This document shows, piece after piece, positions 1 to 10,139 of a DNA stretch of 64,000 nucleotides. This stretch comes from Candidatus Moraniibacteriota bacterium. GTDB taxonomy: Bacteria; Patescibacteriota; Minisyncoccia; Moranbacterales; UBA2206. Positions within the stretch are counted from its first letter, which is position 1; each line of letters opens with the position of its first letter. The stretch covers positions 7,422 through 71,421 of the forward strand of contig CAVZKT010000005.1 in assembly GCA_963775955.1 (NCBI GenBank), in the 5' to 3' direction. The translations under genes were made by a program, and so were the position numbers. The notes under the pieces were generated by a model that saw nothing but the letters and a program-made list of their open reading frames with translations, ran no database searches and had not been told where the DNA came from.

Positions 1-498
1 TCCGGAGCCGTCGTAGGCATCGGGAACCAGATTGTCCGTTCCGTCAAAGGTGTCCGTGCCGCAAGCCAAATTCAAAGTTCCGGTATCTAAATCCCAGTCG
101 CCTGTCAGATTGGCGGTTTTGCCGCTGAAAAGATCAGCGACCGCGGCCGTTCCGCCGTCCGGCGTCAATGTTCCTGTTACGCCCAGATAGCTTTGATCAA
201 GTTTTATTTCAGCCGGTTCAATTGTCGGGATGGATTCGTAAATTTGTTTCAAGGTGTAAAAACTGGAAGCCGGATCGGCGGACGGGAAAAAATTATGGCC
301 GCCTTCGGTGGCTTCCGTGTTGGCGGTGAGTCGTTCGTAAATGTCAGCCAGCGTGTAGCCGGTCGCCGCCGGAGCCCCCGGAGAATCCAGATTTCCGGCT
401 CTAACCGCGGAAACAACCGCCAAAAAAGATAAAATGATTATGCCGATATCCCGCTTCAAATTCTTCCTGGAGAAAAAAATCTTTTTTATTTTTCGCAT
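1..498 (-). CDS. secreted hypothetical protein, N-terminal part (gene runs off the window start)
   Basis: Minus-strand ATG at 498 gives MRKIKKIFFSRKNLKRDIGIIILSFLAVVSAVRAGNLDSPGAP... with a signal-peptide-like hydrophobic stretch. The frame stays open to position 1. Absent from the ORF track because no stop lies in the window. Confidence 0.5.
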   Translation of the reverse strand, partial: MRKIKKIFFSRKNLKRDIGIIILSFLAVVSAVRAGNLDSPGAPAATGYTLADIYERLTANTEATEGGHNFFPSADPASSFYTLKQIYESIPTIEPAEIKLDQSYLGVTGTLTPDGGTAAVADLFSGKTANLTGDWDLDTGTLNLACGTDTFDGTDNLVPDAYDGSG

Positions 499-556
499 AT
501 ATTTTTACTTTTAAAGTTGAAAAATATAAGGCAAGATGCCTGTCATTATTATACAA

Positions 557-1108
557 TCAGAACTCCACTTTCACCGGCTCTTTTTGTTCTTCGGCAGTTT
601 CAAAAAATTCGCGCTTGGCAAAGTTCAGCATGCCGGCAACCAGATTATTGGGGAAAACTTGAATTTTAATATTGAAGTCGCGCGCGTTGCCGTTGTAAAA
701 TCTTCTGGCCGCCTGGATTTTATCCTCCGTGTCGGTAAGCTCCTTCTGCAATTCCAAAAAGTTTTCATTGGCTCTCAAGTCCGGATAGGCTTCCGCCACC
801 GCAAACAAGCTTTTTAAAGTGTTGGAAAGCATATTCTCGGCTTGCGCCTTATCCTGCGCCGTGCCCGCTCCCATGGCGCGCGCCCGGGCTTCGGTCACTT
901 TTTCAAAAAGTTCCCGCTCGTGCGTGGCGTAACCCTTCACCGTGTTTACGAGGTTCGGTATGAGGTCATACCTTCTTTTCGTCTGCACATCAATATCGCT
1001 CCAGGCTTCATCCACCCTGTTTCTCAATTTGATAAGTCCGTTGTAAACCGCGATCATCCAGACCGCGATAATCGCGATAATGATTAATAAAATTAGTCCG
1101 ATACTCAT
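557..1108 (-). CDS. lemA: LemA family membrane protein
   Basis: 183 aa with an N-terminal TM helix. VYNGLIKLRNRVDEAWSDIDVQTKRRYDLIPNLV and AYPDLRANENFLELQ are typical LemA motifs. Confidence 0.9.
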   Translation of the reverse strand: MSIGLILLIIIAIIAVWMIAVYNGLIKLRNRVDEAWSDIDVQTKRRYDLIPNLVNTVKGYATHERELFEKVTEARARAMGAGTAQDKAQAENMLSNTLKSLFAVAEAYPDLRANENFLELQKELTDTEDKIQAARRFYNGNARDFNIKIQVFPNNLVAGMLNFAKREFFETAEEQKEPVKVEF

Positions 1109-1220
1109 CCCGGTAGTAGTCCGCCCATAATTATGTAATATTTACATAAAAAAAGGGGACAAATTAAAACTTAAAGAATTATTGCCTGATAATATCAGCT
1201 TTTAGCGGATCACTACCGGG
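1109..1220. repeat. long-range inverted repeat element in the divergent lemA / PAP2-like intergenic region
   Basis: CCCGGTAGTAGTCCGC (1109-1124) is complementary to GCGGATCACTACCGGG (1205-1220) with 2 adjacent mismatches. The arms enclose about 80 nt containing the CTGATAATATCAG palindrome. Confidence 0.5.
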
Positions 1221-1276
1221 CATATTTTTTTGTCTGTTAATTATTAGCTGGAGTTATTGTAACATAAAATCTGAAA

Positions 1277-1735
1277 ATGTGCTATAATCAAACCATGGAT
1301 AACTGGACACAATACAACGTTTTCATTATCCCAATAATTGTCGGCGTGATTGCTCAGCTGATAAAGTTTGTGATTTATTCAACAAGGCACGGATGGGATA
1401 TTAAGTATGCAATGACCCATGGGCATATGCCCAGCGCCCATACCGCGTTTATTGTTTCACTGGTGACGGCAGTCGGATATTATGAAGGAGTGGCAACCGG
1501 CGCTTTTGCCGTGTCGGTAGCGCTGGCTATCATCGTGATTGACGATGCGGCCAGGCTGCGGATGTATATGGGCGACCAGGGCAGATATTTGAATATGCTT
1601 ATCCGCCAGCTAAATGTCAGCGAAGAGCAATTTCCGCGCCTGCATGAAAGAATGGGGCACAGGGTGAGCGAAGTTATTATTGGGGGAATCTTGGGATTTG
1701 CCTTTACGATAATTCTTGCAGGAGTTCTTGGGTAA
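1277..1735 (+). CDS. divergent PAP2 / DUF212 family membrane protein
   Basis: HGHMPSAHTAFIVSLVTAVG plus multiple TM segments. An extended -10 (TGCTATAAT, 1280-1288) sits 6 nt before the second ATG at 1295, so a leaderless start at 1295 is possible. Confidence 0.75.
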   Translation: MCYNQTMDNWTQYNVFIIPIIVGVIAQLIKFVIYSTRHGWDIKYAMTHGHMPSAHTAFIVSLVTAVGYYEGVATGAFAVSVALAIIVIDDAARLRMYMGDQGRYLNMLIRQLNVSEEQFPRLHERMGHRVSEVIIGGILGFAFTIILAGVLG

Positions 1736-3020
1736 CTTTTTTATCGCTCCAGGGAATCCGCTTGCTTCCAATCGCCATTGTTTCTTCCGCTCCTTTTCCG
1801 GTAATAATCACAAAATCTCCGGGTCCCGCTAAGATGAGGGCTTTTTTTATGGCTTCGCGGCGGTCTAAAATTTTCCAAAACGTTTCATTTTCTTTTTTAT
1901 TTTTCACGCCGGAAACCACTTCGTTGATTATCCGCCAGGGAGCTTCTCCGTAAGGATCTTCATTGGTGATAATCAGCCGGTCGGCAAAATGAGAAACTAT
2001 TTCTCCCATAATCGGCCGCTTGCCCCGGTCCCGTTCTCCGCAGGCGCCGAACACCGCAATTACTTTGGGCATCGGATGTCCCTTTTGGGCATGCGATGTC
2101 TTTAATTTTGAAATTAGAGAATACAACTTTTTCAAAGAGTCCGGCGTTACTGCATAATCAATGATTATATTTATTCCTGAATTATTGGAAACATATTCCA
2201 GCCGTCCCGGAATGCCTTTGATTTTTTCCAGCGCCCCGGCTATTGCTTGCAAATCAATATTATAAGCCAGACCCGCGCAAATGGCCGCCAGCGCGTTTTC
2301 AATATTAAATTCCCCGGGCATATTTACTTCAAACGGCTGTCCCTTGATTGTAAAGCTGGATTTATTAATTCCTAATTGGATATCTTCCGCGAAAATATTG
2401 GCCTGGTTGTTTTTTAAGCTATAAGTAAGCTTTTTTTTGTTGTTAAATCGCAAAAAATCTTCCGCGTTTTTCATATCCAGATTGACCGCGACAACTCTGG
2501 CTTCTTCAAAAAGCTTTAACTTTGCCGCCCGATATTTGTCCATCGTCTTGTGATAATCCAGATGCTCGCGCGTCACATTCGTGATAATGGCCATATCATA
2601 GTTGATTCCCCAGACGCGATATTGGTCAAGAGAATGTGAAGAGGTTTCTAAAATCAAATATTCACAGCGCGCTTTCACCGCGTCCAGAATGAATTTCTGG
2701 ACGGCAAAACTGGAAAGAGTGGTGAATTTGGTTTTATTCACCCATTCTTTTTTACCCAGCTTGAAATTAATCGTAGATATAACCGCAACTTTTTTTCCGG
2801 CTTCTTCCAAAATTTTCGCGATCATTTGAACGGTTGTCGTTTTGCCGTTAGTTCCCGTAACTCCTATGACTCTTAGGCTTTTAGCTGGAAAGCCAAATAA
2901 AAAATTAGCCAGCACCGCCTGCGCCAGATGATAGACATTTTTAATTTTTTGGGGGACGAATTTCTTTACGCAACGCATAAACTCATTATACTTTAATTTA
3001 TTAAAAACAAAAAATGGCAA
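1704..3020 (-). CDS. murE: Mur ligase, MurE-like (UDP-MurNAc-tripeptide synthetase)
   Basis: 438 aa with P-loop GVTGTNGKTTT, ITNVTREHLDYH and a Mur ligase C-terminal region. The 3' end overlaps the convergent PAP2-like gene. Confidence 0.8.
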   Translation of the reverse strand: MPFFVFNKLKYNEFMRCVKKFVPQKIKNVYHLAQAVLANFLFGFPAKSLRVIGVTGTNGKTTTVQMIAKILEEAGKKVAVISTINFKLGKKEWVNKTKFTTLSSFAVQKFILDAVKARCEYLILETSSHSLDQYRVWGINYDMAIITNVTREHLDYHKTMDKYRAAKLKLFEEARVVAVNLDMKNAEDFLRFNNKKKLTYSLKNNQANIFAEDIQLGINKSSFTIKGQPFEVNMPGEFNIENALAAICAGLAYNIDLQAIAGALEKIKGIPGRLEYVSNNSGINIIIDYAVTPDSLKKLYSLISKLKTSHAQKGHPMPKVIAVFGACGERDRGKRPIMGEIVSHFADRLIITNEDPYGEAPWRIINEVVSGVKNKKENETFWKILDRREAIKKALILAGPGDFVIITGKGAEETMAIGSKRIPWSDKKVTQELLQELS

Positions 3021-3075
3021 GCGATTGGCTTGTTAAACACTGCAATATGCGGCAAAAGTAAATAAATTTCCGGGG

Positions 3076-4547
3076 TCAGCCCATATTTTCCAATTTCTCC
3101 ACATCCAGCACTTCTTTGCCGATATGGCGCTCTATTTTCTCAAGATCTCTAAGCAGATGTTCCTCTTTCAATTTTTCTTCCCCGGAAAGCGCCTTGCTCA
3201 TCCTCACCCTCCTTATCACGGCCAGTTCCGCTTCAATATCGCGGCGCAGCATAGTAAAACCGCGATGAACAGCTTCTTCCACTTCTCCAACTTCCTTTGC
3301 AAATCTGTCATGCCTTTTTTTCAGCCGACGCCACTGGCGAATAATATAAGCAATCAAAACAGCCAGAATTATTAAAAGAAGTATAATGGCCCCGATATAA
3401 ATAGTTGCATAGCTAAGGCGCGAGGAACCGAACTGAATCGCCGTGGGCTGGACCGCCATCCGGACATGGGGGCTCGGCGGACTCATTTGTTCACCAGCTT
3501 TTCCCTGCACCCATAAAAGATAATCCCCGGCCGACAGAAATCCGCCATGGCGGTAAAACCAGTCTCCCTTTTTATCGGAAACAACATTTTGGCTGAATGT
3601 TTCCCCGCTTTTTAGATTCTGGATATAAATAATGACCATGGTTTCCGGAGAATCGGTTTTTCCGCCGATATAGAATATTTCCTCGTTGGAAATATTGCGG
3701 GAGACAGAAGTGACTAGGGGCGGACCCAACTCAACCCCTTGAGCTAAAGTTGATTTTCCGAAAAATAATAAGCTCGCCGCAATCAAAATCATCATGGTCA
3801 GCTTTCCATATTTGGCTTGAATCTCTTTAAGTTCTTCCAGTTTCTTCCTGACTTGAGGAGGTAATTTTTTGCCGGATACCTGGCGTTCCAGCCAGTGATG
3901 CCGTCTTCTGATGCGCCGGGCCGCATAAATGGAAACAGCAATCAGCAGCCCGAGCATAATAAACAGCCAGAACCAGGGTATGGACAATACTCCTTTTACC
4001 ACCACTCCCTTTTCACTGTCAACTTCCAAAAGAGCGTTGGTAATTTTCAGCCTTTCTGTTGCTTCCCGAAAATTACCGGCTTTGTCATACGCTAAAACGA
4101 TCGTGTCGTATGATCCCAATTCCAGCGGAGGAGTAATAAACGGGCTTTGCGCTTCAACGAAGAAAGTCTGGTCTTCCGGTCCGGCCGCCATAGCCTTATT
4201 TGGATCCAGAGGAATAATTTTTGTTTCATAATGATCAATGCCGGAAAGATTGTCGGTAGTCCCGAACTGGATAATGGGATTTCTGGAGGAAGTTACCGAA
4301 TAAGGAAAAATTTCTATGGGAAACTCGGCGGGCGGTGTCGTGTCTATGTTTAACGCAAAATGGGTAACTCCTCCCCACACACCGTCCCCGTTTTTGTGTC
4401 AAAAGTATGCGCTGCCTGGGCTCTGGGAATTTCCGGCGGAATTCTCGGATTTTTCCAAACCTCCGGCCAACCCAAAAAAATCCAGAAAAAAATCAGGATG
4501 AAAATAAATACTTTTGTTGTGATTTTTTTTATTATACGCAAAAACAT
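3076..4547 (-). CDS. membrane-anchored Ig-like/hypothetical protein, interrupted by one frameshift
   Basis: ORF 4350..4547 supplies the N-terminal TM anchor. ORF 3076..4380 has extra TM segments and a C-terminal coiled coil. They join across an A5/G4 run near 4385-4400 (..HTFDTK / NGDGVWGGVTHF..). Confidence 0.55.
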
Positions 4548-4750
4548 GGGGAATAATTTTTTTTATTTTTATTTCTAAAATTTTTATATAAAGCTTTTGA
4601 TTTTCTGGATAATTCTGTACAGAAAATATTTTTTTCTATTTATTATTATATCATAACTTCCAGAGAAGAATATGGGCTCTGTATTTGGCAAAAATCCGGT
4701 TTTGAATTTTGTAATGCCCGCCCATGAATTTTTGTTACATGTTTCATGTT

Positions 4751-5622
4751 TTATGCCGCCTGGGGCATGTTTTTGATTCCCCCGAAATCATAGCTTGTTA
4801 AGTCCCGCCTTTTTCGCGTCCAGAATAGCCTGCCATTGAAGCAAATATGGCGCCATAACATTGCGATATTCATTATCAGAAGCGCCGTGCAAATAAGTCG
4901 CGGTGTTTCCATAATGAATAACAATATTGGCCGCAATTATCTTGTTTTCATATTCCGCCATATATAATTTTAGAATTTCAGCCGGAATTGTTTCAAACAT
5001 TTTCCGGTAATAACTTTCTGGATGCAGATGTGATCCCATCCCGTTCGGCTGTAATTTTCACAAGCCTTAATAAATTCGTCAATATAAAATTTGGGATTTG
5101 TTCATTTGAATTTTCGATTTGTTTGATTGGGATTTGCCATTTGGGATTTGATCGCACAATAACTCTCTGTTTCTGTGCGAGTTTTATATTATATCTCGTC
5201 TTAGATTTCATCCCCGCCAACAATTCCTCTTCTGATCTTGTAATATCCATCATTAAAATTTCCCTCGGCTGCATATCATGTGGCGCCTTAGTAATTTTAT
5301 ACTTAGACCTTGGAGGTCTAAGTAAGTTTAAAACATTCTCACTCGCCGGCTCAATCCTAATCCAGCCGATATTGTTTTCTTTCGCCAAATTAATTAGCTT
5401 AGAAAATGAATTTGGAATTTTATTGGAAATTGGAAATTGGAAATTGGAAATTTGTATTACCGGTCCTCTGGGAACATAGAAATAACTGCCAACTATTGGT
5501 AGGCTGTGTTTAATTACGCTTGCGTAAAAGTTGTCGCCAGTAATGCAGTATGTTTTCCGCCCGACCGCTTCCTGAAACTTCCGCCATTCTTCAGATTGTA
5601 GAAATTCATTGATATTTTCCAT
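4751..5622 (-). CDS. FemAB-family peptidoglycan aminoacyltransferase, at least 2 frameshifts
   Basis: Three consecutive minus-strand ORFs (4993..5622, 4788..5039, 4751..4936) read as one FemAB-like protein (..YFYVPRGPV.., ..NTATYLHGASDNEYRN.., ..YDFGGI). Two heptamer-repeat insertions lie in frame. Confidence 0.7.
5089..5150. repeat. heptamer-type tandem repeat (ATTTGNN units) inside the FemAB-like CDS
   Basis: tttgggatttgttcatttgaattttcgatttgtttgattgggatttgccatttgggatttg, translated in frame as KWQIPIKQIENSNEQIPNF. Confidence 0.7.
5409..5455. repeat. GGAAATT x4 tandem heptamer inside the FemAB-like CDS
   Basis: ggaaattggaaattggaaattggaaattt read directly. It encodes ISNFQFPISNKIP in the minus-strand frame. 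Confidence 0.8.
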
Positions 5623-5714
5623 GTTTTGATTTTATAGGAGTTAAAGCAAAAAGAAAAGCGGAGAAATAAAAAACACAAGTCGAAACTTGTGAATTTTTGT
5701 AATTTTTTATTGCT

Positions 5715-6690
5715 TTAGTTTTCGCCCTGTCTGTATTTTTGCGCGACGGCGTGGACATCATTGGGTGAAACCTGGGGAGCGCCGGTTTTGTAGCCTTCCC
5801 GCGCCTGTTTGTTATACATTATTTTGGCGTTGCTGGCCGCCTCGTCCATAAGATCAATGGCCTTGTCCGGAAAAGACCGGTCGGGAAGAATTTTTTTGCC
5901 TTGAAAAATACAAAGCTGCAGAATTTCATCCGGGATAATAACCCGATGAAATTCTTCATACTTGCTTTTTATGCCCTTGAGAATTTCCAGTGTTTCCCTT
6001 TCATCCGGTTCGTTTATAAAAAGCGGCTGCAGGCGGCGCTCAAAAGCCGGATCGTTTTCAAAATATTTTTTATATTCCATCGGCGTCGTGGCGCCGATAA
6101 TCTGCAAATCGCCCCGGCCATTGCCGGCTTGAGAATGTCCCCGACTGAAATAGTTTCTCCGGTTGATTCCATGACCATCAGATTGTGAATTTCATCAATA
6201 AACAGAATTAATGTTTCTTCCGGAGTTGATTATCTCTCAATCAGCTTTTTCATTCTGGCTTCGAATTCACCCCGGTATTTTGTTCCAGCCAGGACTGCAT
6301 TAAGATCAAGCGCCAATACTCTTTTATTTCGCAGATCAAAAGGAACAGTTTCATTGATAATTTTTTCGGCCAGACCCTCCACGACCGCCGTTTTTCCTAC
6401 CCCCGCCTAAACCGACCAAAATACAGTTATTTTTTGTCCGCCGGCTTAAAATAACGGCCAATTGGTCAATTTCCATTTTTCTGCCGATGACGGGATCCAG
6501 ATTTTACTTTACGCGCCGCCTGGGTCAGATCCAAAGAGAAACTGTCCAGCACTGGCGTAGATGAATAAAAATTATTTTTTCCCTTTTTTCTCCGCCACAT
6601 AAAAAACCCCGCCAGCAAAAGCAGAAAAAAAACGAAAGCCAAGGGTTTAATGATAGAGTTTACCTGAGAAAAGAAGAATTCTTCTGACAT
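5715..6690 (-). pseudogene. TM-anchored single-module Clp/Hsp100-like AAA+ ATPase, disrupted
   Basis: The pieces read [16 protein letters not shown] / [30 protein letters not shown] / [19 protein letters not shown]...KKLIER* / ILFIDEIHNL...LKPAMA / RGDLQIIGATTPMEYKKYFENDPAFERR... I count 3 frameshifts (about 6500, 6410, 6125) and 1 in-frame TAA (about 6230). Confidence 0.7.
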
Positions 6691-6739
6691 AATTTGTGTT
6701 TATTTTTATTATTATAACAGGTTTTATGGTTTTATAAAA

Positions 6740-7312
6740 CTATTTTTTTCCCAAATTTTTAAGCGCGAGACCGACTCTTTGCCCGATATCTTTGATGCCG
6801 GCCGGTACCGATTTGAGCGCGCCGCGCGCTTCGGTTACGGCGTAGCCCATAGAAACCAAAGCTTCAATGGCATCCATATCGCCCACCGCGCCTTCTTTTT
6901 CGCCCGCCGGCATGTCGGCGATTTTATTTTTAAGTTCCAAGATCACCCGCTCCGCGGTTTTTTTGCCCACTCCGGAAACTCTGGTGAGAATGGAGGAGTC
7001 TTCATTGAGAATCGCGGTCTTGATGGTTTTTGGGGTCGCCACCGTGAGAATTCCCAGCCCCGATTTCGGCCCGACGCCGGAGATGGAAATCAGAAGCTCA
7101 AACATTTCCAGTTCTTCCATGGTCAAAAAGCCATAAAGATCCAGAGCGTCTTCCCGCACATGGGTATGGATGAAAAAATCAACATCGGTCTTTCCCGCAA
7201 TTTTCCCGAAAGTATAAGCGGTAAGATATATCTTATAGCCCACGCCTGAAACATCCACCACGGCGTAGTTGTCTTTCAGATATTCAATTTTGCCTTTAAT
7301 TTTAGCTATCAT
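6740..7312 (-). CDS. ruvA: Holliday junction DNA helicase subunit RuvA
   Basis: 190 aa. MIAKIKGKIEYL..VVDVSGVGYKIY..ISISGVGPKSGLGIL are canonical RuvA motifs. Confidence 0.95.
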   Translation of the reverse strand: MIAKIKGKIEYLKDNYAVVDVSGVGYKIYLTAYTFGKIAGKTDVDFFIHTHVREDALDLYGFLTMEELEMFELLISISGVGPKSGLGILTVATPKTIKTAILNEDSSILTRVSGVGKKTAERVILELKNKIADMPAGEKEGAVGDMDAIEALVSMGYAVTEARGALKSVPAGIKDIGQRVGLALKNLGKK

Positions 7313-7447
7313 ACTTATGCCTTATTATACAATTTTCCCCGACTCTTGCCAAAAAGAAATATCCATGCTAAAAATACTAGAGTAAACTAAATAATTTATG
7401 AATTAATCTGGATATAATTCGGATGCAATTCGTATCATAATTGGAAT

Positions 7448-7718
7448 ATGCCAATCAAAAAATCAGCTAAAAAGTATATGCGCGTGACTGCCCGCAAGAC
7501 TCTGAAAAACTCCAAAATCAAGGGAGATTTTCAGAAGCGCCGCCAAAAAAACCGCGGAAGCCATCGCTAAAGGCGACCAGGCTTTAGCCAAAGAATGGTT
7601 TCAAAAAACCGCCAAAGCTCTTGATAAGGCCGTGCAGAAAAAAGTCATCCACAAAAACACCGCCGCCAGAAAAAAATCAAGACTGAACAAAGCAGTGAAA
7701 GCAATGATAAAAAAATAA
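7448..7718 (+). CDS. rpsT: 30S ribosomal protein S20, 1-nt frameshift at a T4 run
   Basis: [28 protein letters not shown] joins [23 protein letters not shown]...[24 protein letters not shown]. The span is 271 nt (not a multiple of 3). The shift maps to gattttc at 7528-7531. Confidence 0.8.
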
Positions 7719-7725
7719 CTCTTGT

Positions 7726-7751
7726 AAAAAGCACCCGAAAGGGTGCTTTTT
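7726..7751. terminator. bidirectional rho-independent terminator between rpsT and holA
   Basis: AAAAA GCACCC GAAA GGGTGC TTTTT: a perfect 6-bp GC-rich stem and GAAA loop, flanked by an A-run and a T-run. Confidence 0.75.
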
Positions 7752-8748
7752 AAAGTTCCACTATAAATTTATCCAACCCCATCTTAATCTCAACTTTTCC
7801 CGTTTTCACCGCCGTGTCAAGTTCGCCCAGTTCTTGATAGATATTTTTTAATTTATCAAAAGAAAAATTGCGGATTTGCGCCAGACTTTTTCTTACCACG
7901 AACGGGTGCATCTTTCCTTCTCTGGAAATAGCGTATTCATCTGCTCCGAACTGATTTTTAAGATCCGCCACTTTCAGAAGATTCCTGAATTGATAAACAA
8001 ACATGGATAGCAGATAGAAGGGATCATCGCCTTTTTCCAGATGGCGGTGCAAGAGTCCCAGCGCTTTCTTTTTGTTGTTTTCCCCAATAGCGTCAATCGT
8101 GTTGAAAATATTGCTTCCCAAATTGGCCCGCACCAGAAGCTCAACGTCGTCCTCCGTAATTATTTTCCCATCGGCGTAAGTAACTAGCTTCTCAATTTCA
8201 TTATTCAAAAAATGCATATCTTCCCCGGCAAAAGCCAGTAATTTTTCCAAAGCCGCGCGGGAAATTGAAGCGCTCTCACTAATTTTTTTGATCCGCCGCA
8301 GAGTCCATTGATTTAATTTAATCCCGGTTAATTTTTCAAATTCCTGCTTTTTTGAGTTTTTGAAAAGATATTTGTAAAGCACGCCGCTTTTTTTTCCGCC
8401 GGCCGGCGGACCCGCTTCCCAAAAAACCGCCACCGTGTCTTTGTCGTCCGCCAGCCATTTTTGATTTTTCAAAAATGCCAGCATATTTTCCCGCGCGCTA
8501 TCCGCTCCTTCCAAAATTATGTTTTTTATAATCACCAGCCTTTTGGGAGCCAATAAATTGTTCGTCGCCAGAGCCCCCCAAACCTTGTCCATTTCCGTTT
8601 TCAAATCGGAAAAATCAAAAAAAGACAAGCCGGAGCCGGCCGGGTCTTTTTCCATAAACTTCTTTTTTATTTCGGCTGCTTTTTCTCCTGACCGGAAAAA
8701 GTCATTGCCGTAGAGAAAAATAATCATGGAACATGGAACATAAAACAT
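7750..8748 (-). CDS. holA: DNA polymerase III delta subunit
   Basis: 332 aa with ..IIFLYGNDFF.., C-terminal helical domain pattern. The first 7 codons lie in a CATGGAA heptamer repeat, so the true start is probably MIIFLYG at 8727. Confidence 0.8.
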   Translation of the reverse strand: MFYVPCSMIIFLYGNDFFRSGEKAAEIKKKFMEKDPAGSGLSFFDFSDLKTEMDKVWGALATNNLLAPKRLVIIKNIILEGADSARENMLAFLKNQKWLADDKDTVAVFWEAGPPAGGKKSGVLYKYLFKNSKKQEFEKLTGIKLNQWTLRRIKKISESASISRAALEKLLAFAGEDMHFLNNEIEKLVTYADGKIITEDDVELLVRANLGSNIFNTIDAIGENNKKKALGLLHRHLEKGDDPFYLLSMFVYQFRNLLKVADLKNQFGADEYAISREGKMHPFVVRKSLAQIRNFSFDKLKNIYQELGELDTAVKTGKVEIKMGLDKFIVEL

Positions 8749-8800
8749 GGAACATTCTAAATAATAATTCCATGCTTATGTTATGTGCTGTGTGTTTTTT
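8731..8800. repeat. CATGGAA-type heptamer array with a partially complementary downstream arm
   Basis: catggaacatggaacataaaacatggaacat ... ttccatgcttatgttatgtg, at the holA 5' border. Confidence 0.65.
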
Positions 8801-8812
8801 ATTTTTTGGCTA

Positions 8813-9971
8813 TTACTCTAGCTCCCATTTCAGTTCTTGCCCCGGTTCCAAAATTTCCACCCAGATTTGTCCCGGCACAAACAACATTTCTCTGCCGGCA
8901 TTGTCGTAAAACATCAGCTTGCTATCCAGTTTTGATTTGTCTTTTTTCCAGGTTCCGGAATATTCCTGCCCGTTCAGATAATAATGCGCTTCTCCGGAAT
9001 CGCTTACGTCATACCACGGATCTCCGATTTCCACATTATTATACCGGCCGCTGATGCTTTCAACCCCGGTCTTTTTTATCTCCTCTACGCCCGCCCAAGG
9101 ATCTTTGAGCCCCTGCCCGACATAATCCTGATCAAGGGTAATCTGTTCTGATTTGGCAAACATTACCACCACATTTTTAGGCGCCAATCGTTGCCCGTTG
9201 TTTCTGTCATTATCTTCTTTGCCGCCCCATTTCCGCAAATAGGTGTTGGTCGCTCTATCATAATCATATTTGGCATCATACGGCCCGACAAAACCCACGG
9301 TCAGCTGGCCGCCATTCGGCCTTTGATCTTCGGAAATTTCCGCTTGATGCTGGTAGCCGGAAAATTTATTTTCTGCTCGATATCCCAAATCTTTCATAGC
9401 CTGAAGAATATTGTCTTTCGTCACATGCCCCGTATCCTCAGTTCTCATTTTGCCAGCTCATTGGCCAGCGAAAGCAATACTGATTTGCCGATCTTCCGCC
9501 GTCATTATTGCAATTCATAGTGTCAATTACATTATTTTTTAAAAGATCTAGTGCAAAATGCGATCCTCCCCAATATACAAAAACCGCGTCCAATCCCGCT
9601 GCTATGGCGATATAGTCATGGCGTGAACTGCGGATGGCGCCGATTTCTTTCGGCAAATTGCAAAGATACACGCCCATCAGCCGAGTGACTGAATTGGTAT
9701 AGCCCGGCATTTCAATTACCATATCGGCTTCGGAAAATCCGGCCGCCGGACGCGCCTGCACATCAGCTGGCTGCATAACCGCTACCGCCCGCTTGTTCCA
9801 ATTTTCGCAGGCCAAGCCCGAGATGGGACTGACATCACCCAAATTAAGAGGAACTATCTGGCTCGTGTCCAGATTGATCTGCTTCCCTGGCGCCTTTTTT
9901 CTGAATAAAAAATATCCCCCGATTATGACGGCGATTATCACCAATGCAATAATTATTTTATTTTTTGCCAT
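8813..9971 (-). CDS. DUF3048-family secreted protein, one frameshift
   Basis: ORFs 9438..10022 and 8813..9448 are the N- and C-terminal halves (..RAVAVMQPADVQARPAAGFSEADMVIEM.. and ..KNVVVMFAKSEQ..). The probable start is MAKNKIII at 9971. The frameshift is near 9440-9450. Confidence 0.7.
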
Positions 9972-10139
9972 TTTTGTCTGCGAGCGGAGCGAGCAGCTAC
10001 AAAAATGAGCACCCCGCACCAATTCGATAATTAATTTTTATATTTTTTAGAAAACTAAGCCGCAGGCGATTCCGTGGATACAAATTCTACATTAAGACAA
10101 ATTTATATTCGGAATTGGTGCTGGGGTTAGTCGATTAGT

